Origin: a virus
Lineage: Duplodnaviria > Caudoviricetes
IMG/VR virus record: IMGVR_UViG_3300043093_000048
Coordinates: 192,001 to 256,000 of that record
Direction: 5' to 3' (one strand)
DNA length: 64,000 nucleotides
Positions 49,101 to 58,278 of the stretch are shown here, in pieces (the stretch's first letter is position 1; every line of letters begins with the position of its first letter). The position numbers were made by a program, and so were the translations under genes. Below the pieces are notes generated by a model. That model saw only the letters and a list, made by a program, of their open reading frames with translations, was not told where the DNA came from and made no database searches.

Positions 49101-52100
49101 TGTATTTAGAATAGTTAAAGATAGTAATGATACATCAAGATATTCATCTGAAGTAAATTATAAAGATCTTATTGATAATGCTGTAGATAAAGACATAACT
49201 GAAAATGAAAATGATATTTTTTATACTATAAAAGATATTTCAATATTTGATATGCAAGATATTTATTTCTTAGAAAGTGGTAAAGATTTTTCTTATCGTA
49301 ATATAATTAATTTAATTAAATTTAATTATCCTGATAAAACTAGTGTAATAAATAATGCAATAGGTATTCAAGTTATAGCTAGAACTACATATCAAAATAA
49401 TAATACTGAATATGATATGGTTATTATTGATAATTATTTAGATTTATATAGTAATGAAGAAAATTTCTTACCAACTTTAAATAGACTAACTGGTAGTCTA
49501 TATCATCTTATTAAAATTAATAATAAATATGATGATCTTTATGAATATAAAATCATGGTTGATGGTAAAGAATATCATGAAGGAGATATTATATATAATA
49601 AATATGCTAATGAAATTGCTTTACATAAGTTTAGACTATATTATAAACCTAAATTTACTGTTAATAAAGTTGGTCTAGTTATAGAAGATATAAGTAGTCC
49701 TTATAACGGATATATTTATGGTGATTTAGATGGTAATGGAATAATTGACTATGTTGAATATAGATTACTTAAAAATTATATAGAAACCCAAGATAGCTCT
49801 GGTATTATTTTAGAATTAGCTGATTTAAATAATGATGGTATTATTGATGTAAATGATTTAAATCTTCTTGAAGAATATTTATCCTCTGTTAATAATATTG
49901 GTAAAGCTTTTACATATACAGACTCAGAAGGTAAAAAAATAACTAGATATGTCGGAAATCTAAATATGTATTTAGAAAATGGCGTAGAAAAATCTTATAA
50001 TTATACTAGTGTCGATAAAAGTACTAATAGTGATCATAATATAAATAAAAGAATATATTTAGATTTAAATACACTTCCAGACAGTAGTACAAAAAATGCT
50101 GGTTATAGTGACGTTCAAGCAATTTATGATTATGCAGAGAATATTGGTAATAACACTCCTAGTGATTTAGCTTTACATTTAGCTGATCTTAATAATGATG
50201 GAAAAATAACAGAAGAAGATGCTAAATTATTAGAAGATACAATTAAAAAATATGGCTATTTAGTTGGTGACATAGACAAAGATGACAATCTTAATATGAA
50301 TGATGTTAATGATATAATACAATTGAATAAAGACAATAAATTAAATAATTTAAGCGATGAAGAAATTAGAATTTATGATGTCAAAAATAGCTATGATCCA
50401 AATGGAGATCTATTTATTAAAAGTATTAGTGACTTTACTGAAGAAGAATTAAAAGAAATTGATGATCATGATATAATATATAATATAGAAACATTAAAAA
50501 CGAAATCTATTAATTTTAATATAGCATATTATTATGCTAGGGCTGCAGTGGAGCTAAATCCTATTGAATATAAAGATAATTTAATTAGCGATGATAATGA
50601 ATCTCATGAAATGTTATTAGGTAAATATTTATTAGAAGTTCCTTTTAATAATGATTCTGATGTAATTACTTCTGAAAATGGATGGTTATTAGCTGATAGT
50701 TTTGAAGGTTGTATAGATGGAACTAAACCAGTAGTTCCTAATTTAACAATTTCAGATTCAGAAATAGATAATGATAATAATTATAAAGAACTTCATAAAT
50801 ATTCTACATTAACTAGAGATGAGTTAAAAAATATTATTTATAATCCTAAAGATAATATAATAAGTGAAGTATCATATTACAATAATAATACAAATATTCT
50901 TAATGATATTTCTTATGATATGAAATACGAAATTCAAGGAACATCTGGTATTTCTATTTTAAAAACACCTAGTGTAGAATTAGATGAAGATGGTAAATAT
51001 ATATATTCTGTAACTGCTTCAGATATCGTTCAAGGAATGTTTCAAATTGAAAATACTAACGTTGAACCAATCAATGTAGAAATTAACCAAGCAAAAATTA
51101 ATGATGAATCAGGTTATCCATTTAAGATTACTTCAAGTGCTTTATTAAGCCATACTACTTATAATAATGATTATCAACCAATTTATAGAGTAGAACCTAA
51201 TACTACTTTAAGTATATTTATAATATTTAACTCTAAATTAGATAACTATTCAACAAATCTTAATATAAGAGTACAAAATAATTATAAGAAAAAATATTCA
51301 GATGATAATATAAAATGGGATAGCTATACAATAAGATTAAATTGTGTTCAGAATTATAGTTTTAATAAAGAAATTATTAAACAAATATTACCTTATAAAT
51401 TCTATGATGAAAATAATGAAGATACAATAAAAGCTGAATATTATAATATAGTTGATAGCAATGGTAATATAGATTCTGAAAAAATATTTAATATAATTGA
51501 TGTAAATAACTTTAATAAAAACATACTTTATTCAAATTTATTATATTTAGACGATACATTAATTTATGATTCACATAATCCTTCTCCTTTAAAAGATATT
51601 AATGATGAGTCATATCCTTTATTAGTATCTAAAAAAGTTCTTGACAGAAAATTATATATGGGTGATCATACTTTAACACTAATTACTGTAAAGTTTAATG
51701 GTTTAATTAATTATCATAATTATTATATAACTATAATAGACCAAAATGTATATAACTATAATAACTCTAATAATAGTTTAAATTATTTTAAAGATCAATC
51801 AAAATATTATAAAAATAATTTAGAAGATAGTTATAGTAGAAATTCTATTATATTAAGACAACCTAAGAATGAAGGTTATGATAAAGAAGACTTTGAAAAT
51901 GAATTATTCTTAGATACTAATGGTGATATATCAATGGTAACTAAGGATCTTTCTAAGGGTAAAAAAGATTCTTATTATTTATATAAATTTACTGAAATAA
52001 TACATCATTATATGAATTTCTCTAATTATATTGTAGATAGCGAACAATATTTATTTGAAAAGAATTATCAAGAAATATTAATGTATTATGATGAAATAAA

Positions 52101-55008
52101 AGAACAATTTAATTCTTATACGAATACAATTTATGCTAAATTAAATAAATCTACAGGTGAATTATATACAATCATTAATAGTATTGAATATAGATTTACT
52201 ACTTATGATAGTATATTAGAAGAAATAGAAGCAACTAAAGAAGCTGAAGAGAATAATGTAAGTAGTGAAACAACAACTTCTACTGCAATTAATTATTATA
52301 ATGATGATGACCATTTTATTAGTAGATTATTCTATGAAGATAATATTTTATCAAAATATAAAGAATATAATATTTTATATAGTCCTGACTCTGATTCTAA
52401 TGATAAAATAGAGATTGAAATAAGTAAAGATGATATTGCAACGTTTGAAATTCCTGATGAAGATGTTCTTTATATTAATATTGAAAAAGAAGAAAATATA
52501 AAAATAAATAGCGTTAAAATCATTTCTGCTACACCAACTGTTGGAAGCACGCCAGTTACTTGTACTGATAATTCAATAAGCAGTAATTCTACTATTGTTT
52601 CTATTGAAAATGGTAAAATTGTTTTTAGTGTTAATAATGCTATAACACAAATTAAAAGTAGTGTTGAATTAAATGAAAATGATAATCATAAAGTATATGT
52701 AGAACTAAGTAATACTAATGCTGGAACTACTTATCTTTATATCTTTAATTTATTAAATGCTTATAGCAGCTTAAAAATAAGTGATTCTAATGATATTAAA
52801 TTTTCTGCTTTACAACAACCTAGTAGAACTTTAACTAATACAACTAAATATCCAATAACATTTGCAATATATTATAAAAATACAAGATTAAAATCAAATA
52901 AATTTTATTCTTTTGATTCAACTATGAATATTATTGATGCTGCTAATGATAAATGTAGTTTTAAAATAAATTATCAAAATAATGGAAAAATAGAAGATAA
53001 CGATGATGGTACTATTATTACATTATCTCCATTTGCTTCTTGTAATATTACATTTACTGGTAGCTGTAGTGATAGCTCTAGTATTTCTCTTAAGGATAGC
53101 TTAATTCCTTTATTAGATGTACCAAGTGCTACAACATCATCTAATACTAGTATAAGTAAATTATTAGAAACATTAAACAAAAAATCAATGATTAATCATA
53201 GTATTTCTATTAAAATAGAATCTATTGGAGATAAAGATGATATAACTATGGGATATTATAGTTATTTAGCCACTAATACATCAAGTTATGATTTAACTGT
53301 TAAATATATGGAATTTAATGCAATTTATTTAAGTGATTTTTATTATTCGAAAGACGGTTCTATTTTTAATAAAACTCATTCAAAGACTTATGATATTTAT
53401 AAAGATAAAAGTAATAATGCTTTAGTGTTACTTATAAATGACTCAAACGAAATAAATAAAAATGCTTTTGGCAATTTTATAGTAAATGGTTTTAATGATG
53501 TTATTAAAACAGATAGTAATAAATTTAAAACTTATTATCCATTTAGACGCAATGCAATTAATTGTAATGTATCGTCTGATAATATAAATTCAGAAATAGC
53601 ATTAAATTTACAATATAATAATTCATTTAATATATCAAATATGACTAGTGTAATAAATAGTGTTACTTCATTTACTACAACTAATATATTTCCTATGATA
53701 CTTGTAAAGAGTGACACTGACAATGATACTAACCCTAATATTTCATTCGCTGTTAATTTTGGTACTTTTAAAAATAAAACTTTTAGTAGTATGAATAATT
53801 TTAATTATAGCACAATTACTACAACACCTGAGAATAGAAATAATCTTGAATATAAGAAGATAAGTGAATTAGTTACTAGTAAAAATTCTACTTATAGTAT
53901 TTACGATGGTAAACCAAATAATGGTGAAGATACTTCTTATAAATATGGAAAAATAATAGATAATAATATTGAATATTTTATAGCAAATCTTAACGATATT
54001 CAAATTGATGAAAATAATACAAATCCTATTTATTTATATTTCAATTTTATAGAAGATGGTAAAAAAGAAGATATTTCGGATCAATCTGGAATAGTTTATC
54101 ATATTGATGATGACCCTAATATGAGTGAAGGATTAAGAAATTTATTTACTTATGGTTCAAAACAACAAACATTAAAATGGATTTATAATGCATTAATTGG
54201 TTCAGATAATGATATTGATGGTACATTAGGACAATTTTATGATGATAGTCTTTTAAATATTGTAAATTGGGTTAAAGATTCTTATAATAATTTAAGTAAA
54301 AAAGAAGAAAAGTTTAAAGATATTATAGATGAAATATATGATACTAAATCTACTATAGCAGTTTTATTACAAAATATATCAAATCAATTTAATCAATTAA
54401 ATGATAAAGCTGATGTTAAAGAATTTAAAGAATGGATAAATGAAAATGTATATAATTTAGCAGATTTTGAATATTCTATATCTGAAATTTTTGCAGATAT
54501 TTATTATTTATCAGATAAAGGTGTATCATTATCTGTAAAAATAACTGATAGTGAAAATAATGAAACTACTAAAGATTTTAGTTTTAAAAATTCTTTACCA
54601 TTAGTTAATAAATATAAATATTGGGAGAAAGATTCTACCAATAATATCATAGAAGATACTAAAACTTTTGTAAAAAATATTAAAACTACTGATAATAGTG
54701 AAGATGATACTAGTAGTAATACAGCTAGCAATACTAGTACAGATTCTACAGATGACTCAAATTCTGCTACTGAAGTTACTGATTCAGTTGATGTTTCTTT
54801 ACATCCAGATATTTGGAATAGTTCATTAATAACATCTAACTTTGAAGATGATAATTATTTTATAGAAAAAATTTGGATTAATCCAACTAATACAGATATA
54901 GATCCTATTTTTTATAAAAAGAATTTTATTGAGACATCAACTTTACTCAAAAATTCTAATTGTTATACAAATATTAGTAGTTCAATAAAATATAATTTTA
55001 GCAATTAA
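46165..55008 (+). CDS. 2947-aa probable virion/adhesion protein with dockerin type I-like modules
   Basis: YGDLDGNGIIDYVEYRLLKNYI...LADLNNDGIIDVNDLNLLEEYL; LADLNNDGKITEEDAKLL; VGDIDKDDNLNMND. Confidence 0.7.
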   Translation: MANENLTIKNLSSAVINGDVTSFKSVNGSGEEGEDSGYILTNSLKIGSNVVELSYDGMTTNTKYYISRKTTDELDNSQNTKYYLLLNDNLSNYLYYMNKDIESVYSFEDTNSEDNLFIVDKSIIEDDVKDDFNDYMIDFSNSSISTSVDNIFYNGSLLAEIFSSDLIYGTKSSDNGYIYLYLNKNANQDLKFDISDFIFEVRVNNIPTKFFEVSEKTLDVGTNSIYNVLVKINASKFKKETDMDELNYFLIVVKNKYTTDTMSFSYSKFEDYMKPFISYDSMLQTTDDITINCRYDLSIATTNQTNNVVVNINDDDLLELIEGKKRPVIDGSIVFEMTDKNINIRALTQTIVKMYIESSNNYYLISSNDINFEKTNYKCYSSSYNYFNGTKSYILNSNNSELSFIVESTTDIDYKFKDTFAINIIKIKDSSKTKVDNNDSDLGINDIECVITVNFNVNINPDPKFELSEDEESILKNIMSFQTDTLTAEFGGTSLFSIKANNNIVLNDSDLNSTALKNYISGGGRNLTYIEENFDNFDISFYGIYVDYMVLDNSEIGQIWFNKFEDADLTNDNPVITKQELVCNASSSADNCNDGFNENAFSVTLDGVTKRILIVPEDVFKLFNYLNTSDTKLFSIDNTTEDIFSLSSDEFVELVSKTKNTNNFAFYPYADLIFLANENDEDEFVNSNLYIDYYPVIHRLTKKTDSKEKIVWSIYDGENVTNLKQEKIIKLAAQEKNDSDSDLSSIATGELGTINDSNSIISYPSFVTFKVLMETDSGEPTSIDSVTYTGKITNGSEFPVLIKDISLSNIADDSDLFTLNEDKSDISSDSFMDYNLEIGNNCISLSKLNIGAYNDHSDLTVITAEDGSLLYLLKAGGTLNVNITNTDEVNNIPADFGKTINNLKDSLHFELYYIQENTDSDSSSLKYTFREDGSTVATNFETVISVYPFISSINFDSSYYRYGDTVYNIISDDIKLRSVVFRIVKDSNDTSRYSSEVNYKDLIDNAVDKDITENENDIFYTIKDISIFDMQDIYFLESGKDFSYRNIINLIKFNYPDKTSVINNAIGIQVIARTTYQNNNTEYDMVIIDNYLDLYSNEENFLPTLNRLTGSLYHLIKINNKYDDLYEYKIMVDGKEYHEGDIIYNKYANEIALHKFRLYYKPKFTVNKVGLVIEDISSPYNGYIYGDLDGNGIIDYVEYRLLKNYIETQDSSGIILELADLNNDGIIDVNDLNLLEEYLSSVNNIGKAFTYTDSEGKKITRYVGNLNMYLENGVEKSYNYTSVDKSTNSDHNINKRIYLDLNTLPDSSTKNAGYSDVQAIYDYAENIGNNTPSDLALHLADLNNDGKITEEDAKLLEDTIKKYGYLVGDIDKDDNLNMNDVNDIIQLNKDNKLNNLSDEEIRIYDVKNSYDPNGDLFIKSISDFTEEELKEIDDHDIIYNIETLKTKSINFNIAYYYARAAVELNPIEYKDNLISDDNESHEMLLGKYLLEVPFNNDSDVITSENGWLLADSFEGCIDGTKPVVPNLTISDSEIDNDNNYKELHKYSTLTRDELKNIIYNPKDNIISEVSYYNNNTNILNDISYDMKYEIQGTSGISILKTPSVELDEDGKYIYSVTASDIVQGMFQIENTNVEPINVEINQAKINDESGYPFKITSSALLSHTTYNNDYQPIYRVEPNTTLSIFIIFNSKLDNYSTNLNIRVQNNYKKKYSDDNIKWDSYTIRLNCVQNYSFNKEIIKQILPYKFYDENNEDTIKAEYYNIVDSNGNIDSEKIFNIIDVNNFNKNILYSNLLYLDDTLIYDSHNPSPLKDINDESYPLLVSKKVLDRKLYMGDHTLTLITVKFNGLINYHNYYITIIDQNVYNYNNSNNSLNYFKDQSKYYKNNLEDSYSRNSIILRQPKNEGYDKEDFENELFLDTNGDISMVTKDLSKGKKDSYYLYKFTEIIHHYMNFSNYIVDSEQYLFEKNYQEILMYYDEIKEQFNSYTNTIYAKLNKSTGELYTIINSIEYRFTTYDSILEEIEATKEAEENNVSSETTTSTAINYYNDDDHFISRLFYEDNILSKYKEYNILYSPDSDSNDKIEIEISKDDIATFEIPDEDVLYINIEKEENIKINSVKIISATPTVGSTPVTCTDNSISSNSTIVSIENGKIVFSVNNAITQIKSSVELNENDNHKVYVELSNTNAGTTYLYIFNLLNAYSSLKISDSNDIKFSALQQPSRTLTNTTKYPITFAIYYKNTRLKSNKFYSFDSTMNIIDAANDKCSFKINYQNNGKIEDNDDGTIITLSPFASCNITFTGSCSDSSSISLKDSLIPLLDVPSATTSSNTSISKLLETLNKKSMINHSISIKIESIGDKDDITMGYYSYLATNTSSYDLTVKYMEFNAIYLSDFYYSKDGSIFNKTHSKTYDIYKDKSNNALVLLINDSNEINKNAFGNFIVNGFNDVIKTDSNKFKTYYPFRRNAINCNVSSDNINSEIALNLQYNNSFNISNMTSVINSVTSFTTTNIFPMILVKSDTDNDTNPNISFAVNFGTFKNKTFSSMNNFNYSTITTTPENRNNLEYKKISELVTSKNSTYSIYDGKPNNGEDTSYKYGKIIDNNIEYFIANLNDIQIDENNTNPIYLYFNFIEDGKKEDISDQSGIVYHIDDDPNMSEGLRNLFTYGSKQQTLKWIYNALIGSDNDIDGTLGQFYDDSLLNIVNWVKDSYNNLSKKEEKFKDIIDEIYDTKSTIAVLLQNISNQFNQLNDKADVKEFKEWINENVYNLADFEYSISEIFADIYYLSDKGVSLSVKITDSENNETTKDFSFKNSLPLVNKYKYWEKDSTNNIIEDTKTFVKNIKTTDNSEDDTSSNTASNTSTDSTDDSNSATEVTDSVDVSLHPDIWNSSLITSNFEDDNYFIEKIWINPTNTDIDPIFYKKNFIETSTLLKNSNCYTNISSSIKYNFSN

Positions 55009-55015
55009 AAAATTA

Positions 55016-55047
55016 ATATGGATTCTATGATTACATAGAATCCATAT
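55016..55047 (+). terminator. Hairpin, probable terminator
   Basis: ATATGGATTCTATG/CATAGAATCCATAT. Confidence 0.65.
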
Positions 55048-55066
55048 ATTTATTTTTAAAAAGGAG

Positions 55067-57349
55067 ATGAAATTTATGTCTTTTAGATTAATATCAGTTC
55101 CTTTAAATAAAAGAACGGAACAAGAAGCAATTAATAATGAATTAATTGTAGATAATATACATGGTAATATAGGTATATCAACAACTGATAGCTCTGATAA
55201 TAAAATATATAATTCAGGCACAGAAAATTTAAAAGCAGAATTAGATTCATTAAAGATTAGAAACGCTAATATGAATAAAGACTTGGTAAAAATTTCTTAT
55301 GGGTCTGAAATGAATACAAAGCTTCCTGATTTTGAACCTAATAATGCTTTAGAAAATAAAGATTTATTAGGAAGCATTCAATATCTCAGAGATTTATATA
55401 TGGATTTCATAGATTCAATAGATGAAGATGGTAATCCAATTCTTAAAGAAGATGCTTTTGAATATTCTTCAGAATTAAAAGCTATTGTTACTAGATTATA
55501 TGAAAAAGATGGTTATAGTTATAGTTCTAAATTTAGAACTATATTAGAAGAACTTTATGTTGAAGAACTAAATAATACTACTTTAAAAGATAAAGATGAA
55601 GATAAAACTTCTATGATTAGTGATAGTACAACTATTAACTATTTAAATTTAGCGGTTGCAATTAATGATATTATTCCTTTCTTATATAGAATGGAATCAG
55701 AGATTATAAACTTAGAAGCTATGATAAATACAATAAACTCTGATATTGGTTATAAAGGTAATAATGGTAATATTGAATTAGCTTTAAAAGATGCTAAAGA
55801 ACAAATAGAAAATCTAAAATATAAAACTAAATGTAAAAAATTTAAGGAATTTAATTTTAGCGATAATATATCAAAATATCAAATATTAGATAGTGATAAA
55901 AAATATAAATTTTCTAATGAAAAAGAAAAAACTTATGAAAATATATCAAAAGTATTTAATGATAATTTCATAAGTTCTGTTTTAGATGATAATTATGATG
56001 GTGATGTTAATCTACATCAAATAGATGGTATTTATAATTTAAAACAATATGCAAATAATGACTTAATAAGAAGAATTTCAGGTGCTTATATTTCTGGTAA
56101 AAAGCAAAAATATTTTTATCCTCCAACTACAAATTTATACGCTTATAATGGTAATAAAACAACAGATTTTTGTAGAGCTGTTTATGATCCAGAATTAGGT
56201 AGAGTAATTTATAAATATGAAGATTTTAGTTATTATGATGATAAAGAAGATTTTGATTGCTTTGATTATCCATTATTAGAATATTATTATAATGATAATA
56301 ATTTAATTATACAAAATGTCACTTATGGAAAAACTGCTAATTTTGAAATAAAAAACTTAGATTCTGATAGTCAACAAAATATAAGTAAACTTCTTCTAAG
56401 CTCAAATATTGTTGAAAGTAAGTTTACTAATGGTGAATTTTATTTTCCTACTTTATATAATTTAAATGCTACATTTCCTACATTTGACTTTACTGATAAA
56501 AGTAATTTTGATTTTAACTATTTTGTTGGTTTGAATTTAATTATTCCTATAGCTATAACTAAAACTGTTACAACTACAACAACTACAACTGTTGATAAAG
56601 AAGAAACAACCGATAGTAATACCGCCAGCAACACAGCTAGTAATACTAGTACAGATGAAACTACAGATACAAATAGTTCAACGGATAGTACAGAAACTGA
56701 AACTACAACAACTACTACTTCTAGCACATCTGATTATTTTTATTATTTGTTAAGAGAAGGTTATGAAAAAGCTAGTTATGGGTATAATACTACAGGAATA
56801 CCTAATGAAAGATTTTCAGCTGATAATAATTCTATTAAAAATAATAAAACTTCAATGTCTAATTTATATTATAAAGGATTTAATCCTTATTATTCAGATA
56901 GTGAAATGAATAGAAAATTTTCTATTAATAGTATTAATACAGTAAAAAAAGATTTTAATAATTATATAGATTATTTAGATAAAAATATAGAATATTTATT
57001 AGATAATATTGATAAACTTAATTTTCCAAATTTCTTTAATACAAGTATTCTTATAAATAGTAATAATACTCATACTATGAATTTTATATTTAAACAATCC
57101 ACTGAAAAAAATAAAACAGCCAGTGCAAGTTATTATTTTACTAAATATTTAGATAATAGAGAAAATAAAATTGGATTACTACCAAATAGTAATATAACAA
57201 TAAATAAATCAGATAATACAACAGATGTTACATATAATATTACTTATTCAGCTATGCAAACTTATAAATTTAAGATAGCTTGTAATAATTTATTTGGTGG
57301 TTACAATTGTAGTACAGAAAAAACTTTAAATAAGTTTGAGTTGGAATAA
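55067..57349 (+). CDS. Hypothetical structural protein with T/S-rich linker (start may be 55076)
   Basis: Long ORF in the late cluster; N-terminus (LISVPL..NELIVD) resembles that of the next gene (FKPL..GELLVD). Confidence 0.6.
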   Translation: MKFMSFRLISVPLNKRTEQEAINNELIVDNIHGNIGISTTDSSDNKIYNSGTENLKAELDSLKIRNANMNKDLVKISYGSEMNTKLPDFEPNNALENKDLLGSIQYLRDLYMDFIDSIDEDGNPILKEDAFEYSSELKAIVTRLYEKDGYSYSSKFRTILEELYVEELNNTTLKDKDEDKTSMISDSTTINYLNLAVAINDIIPFLYRMESEIINLEAMINTINSDIGYKGNNGNIELALKDAKEQIENLKYKTKCKKFKEFNFSDNISKYQILDSDKKYKFSNEKEKTYENISKVFNDNFISSVLDDNYDGDVNLHQIDGIYNLKQYANNDLIRRISGAYISGKKQKYFYPPTTNLYAYNGNKTTDFCRAVYDPELGRVIYKYEDFSYYDDKEDFDCFDYPLLEYYYNDNNLIIQNVTYGKTANFEIKNLDSDSQQNISKLLLSSNIVESKFTNGEFYFPTLYNLNATFPTFDFTDKSNFDFNYFVGLNLIIPIAITKTVTTTTTTTVDKEETTDSNTASNTASNTSTDETTDTNSSTDSTETETTTTTTSSTSDYFYYLLREGYEKASYGYNTTGIPNERFSADNNSIKNNKTSMSNLYYKGFNPYYSDSEMNRKFSINSINTVKKDFNNYIDYLDKNIEYLLDNIDKLNFPNFFNTSILINSNNTHTMNFIFKQSTEKNKTASASYYFTKYLDNRENKIGLLPNSNITINKSDNTTDVTYNITYSAMQTYKFKIACNNLFGGYNCSTEKTLNKFELE

Positions 57350-57369
57350 TATATGAAAGGAGATATAAA

Positions 57370-58275
57370 ATGGCTAGATATGTTTTTAAACCATTAATTA
57401 CGTATTTTTCTGGTGATCCAGAAGAAAAAAAATTTGATTTTATAAGAGCTTATAAAGATTCATTAACTTCTGGCGAATTATTAGTAGATTTATATAATTA
57501 TGAAATATACGTAGCTAGTAATGGTATGGAATATCCAATTCCTTCAACTCCTGAATTAAGACAAGAGATTATTGATTATATAGAAAGTGATGATGGACCT
57601 TTAGGATCTTTAAGTAAAAATGATCTTTTAAATACAGAAAGTGATGATTCCTCAGAAGCTAATATTACTAGAAAAAAAGAAAAATTAGAAAGCTTAATGG
57701 AAGAAGTTAAAAAATATAATGAAGCTTGTATAGAGAAAATTAATTCTAATGAAAATAGCCTTAAGAGAATAAATAGAGAAACTGCTAATTGGTATAATAA
57801 TTTATCTAGATATGTATATAAGCAAATGTATACTTCTAATGTAGATGGTTCAGAAATAGTTAAAGTAGCTTATAATATAATAAATAAATATATTGACTTA
57901 TATAAAAGATTATATTATATTGATATATTTATGGAAAATTTTAATAATGATAGACAAGCGATAACTGCAAAATTAAATGAATTTAAAAAAGAAGCTAAAG
58001 ATTTATTTGTAGAAATAGCAAATAATCAAGCAGCTGTCAATCAAAAATTAGATAAGAGCGAAATTATGGATAGTTCTAATAACTATAAAGTTCCAGAATA
58101 TACTTTCAATATTGATTTTGATGTTTCAATTTCAGAAGATAATATTAGTGATTTTGAAAATAATATAAATAGTCTTAAAAAAATAGATGGAAAAATTATT
58201 AGAACTATAAATTTTAATAAACAAGATTCAAAAATTAAATTTTCGCTTAATAATAATAATAAAAAGGAGGAATAA
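57370..58275 (+). CDS. Hypothetical coiled-coil structural protein
   Basis: AAAGGAG RBS; heptad-rich. Confidence 0.6.
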   Translation: MARYVFKPLITYFSGDPEEKKFDFIRAYKDSLTSGELLVDLYNYEIYVASNGMEYPIPSTPELRQEIIDYIESDDGPLGSLSKNDLLNTESDDSSEANITRKKEKLESLMEEVKKYNEACIEKINSNENSLKRINRETANWYNNLSRYVYKQMYTSNVDGSEIVKVAYNIINKYIDLYKRLYYIDIFMENFNNDRQAITAKLNEFKKEAKDLFVEIANNQAAVNQKLDKSEIMDSSNNYKVPEYTFNIDFDVSISEDNISDFENNINSLKKIDGKIIRTINFNKQDSKIKFSLNNNNKKEE

Positions 58276-58278
58276 TAA

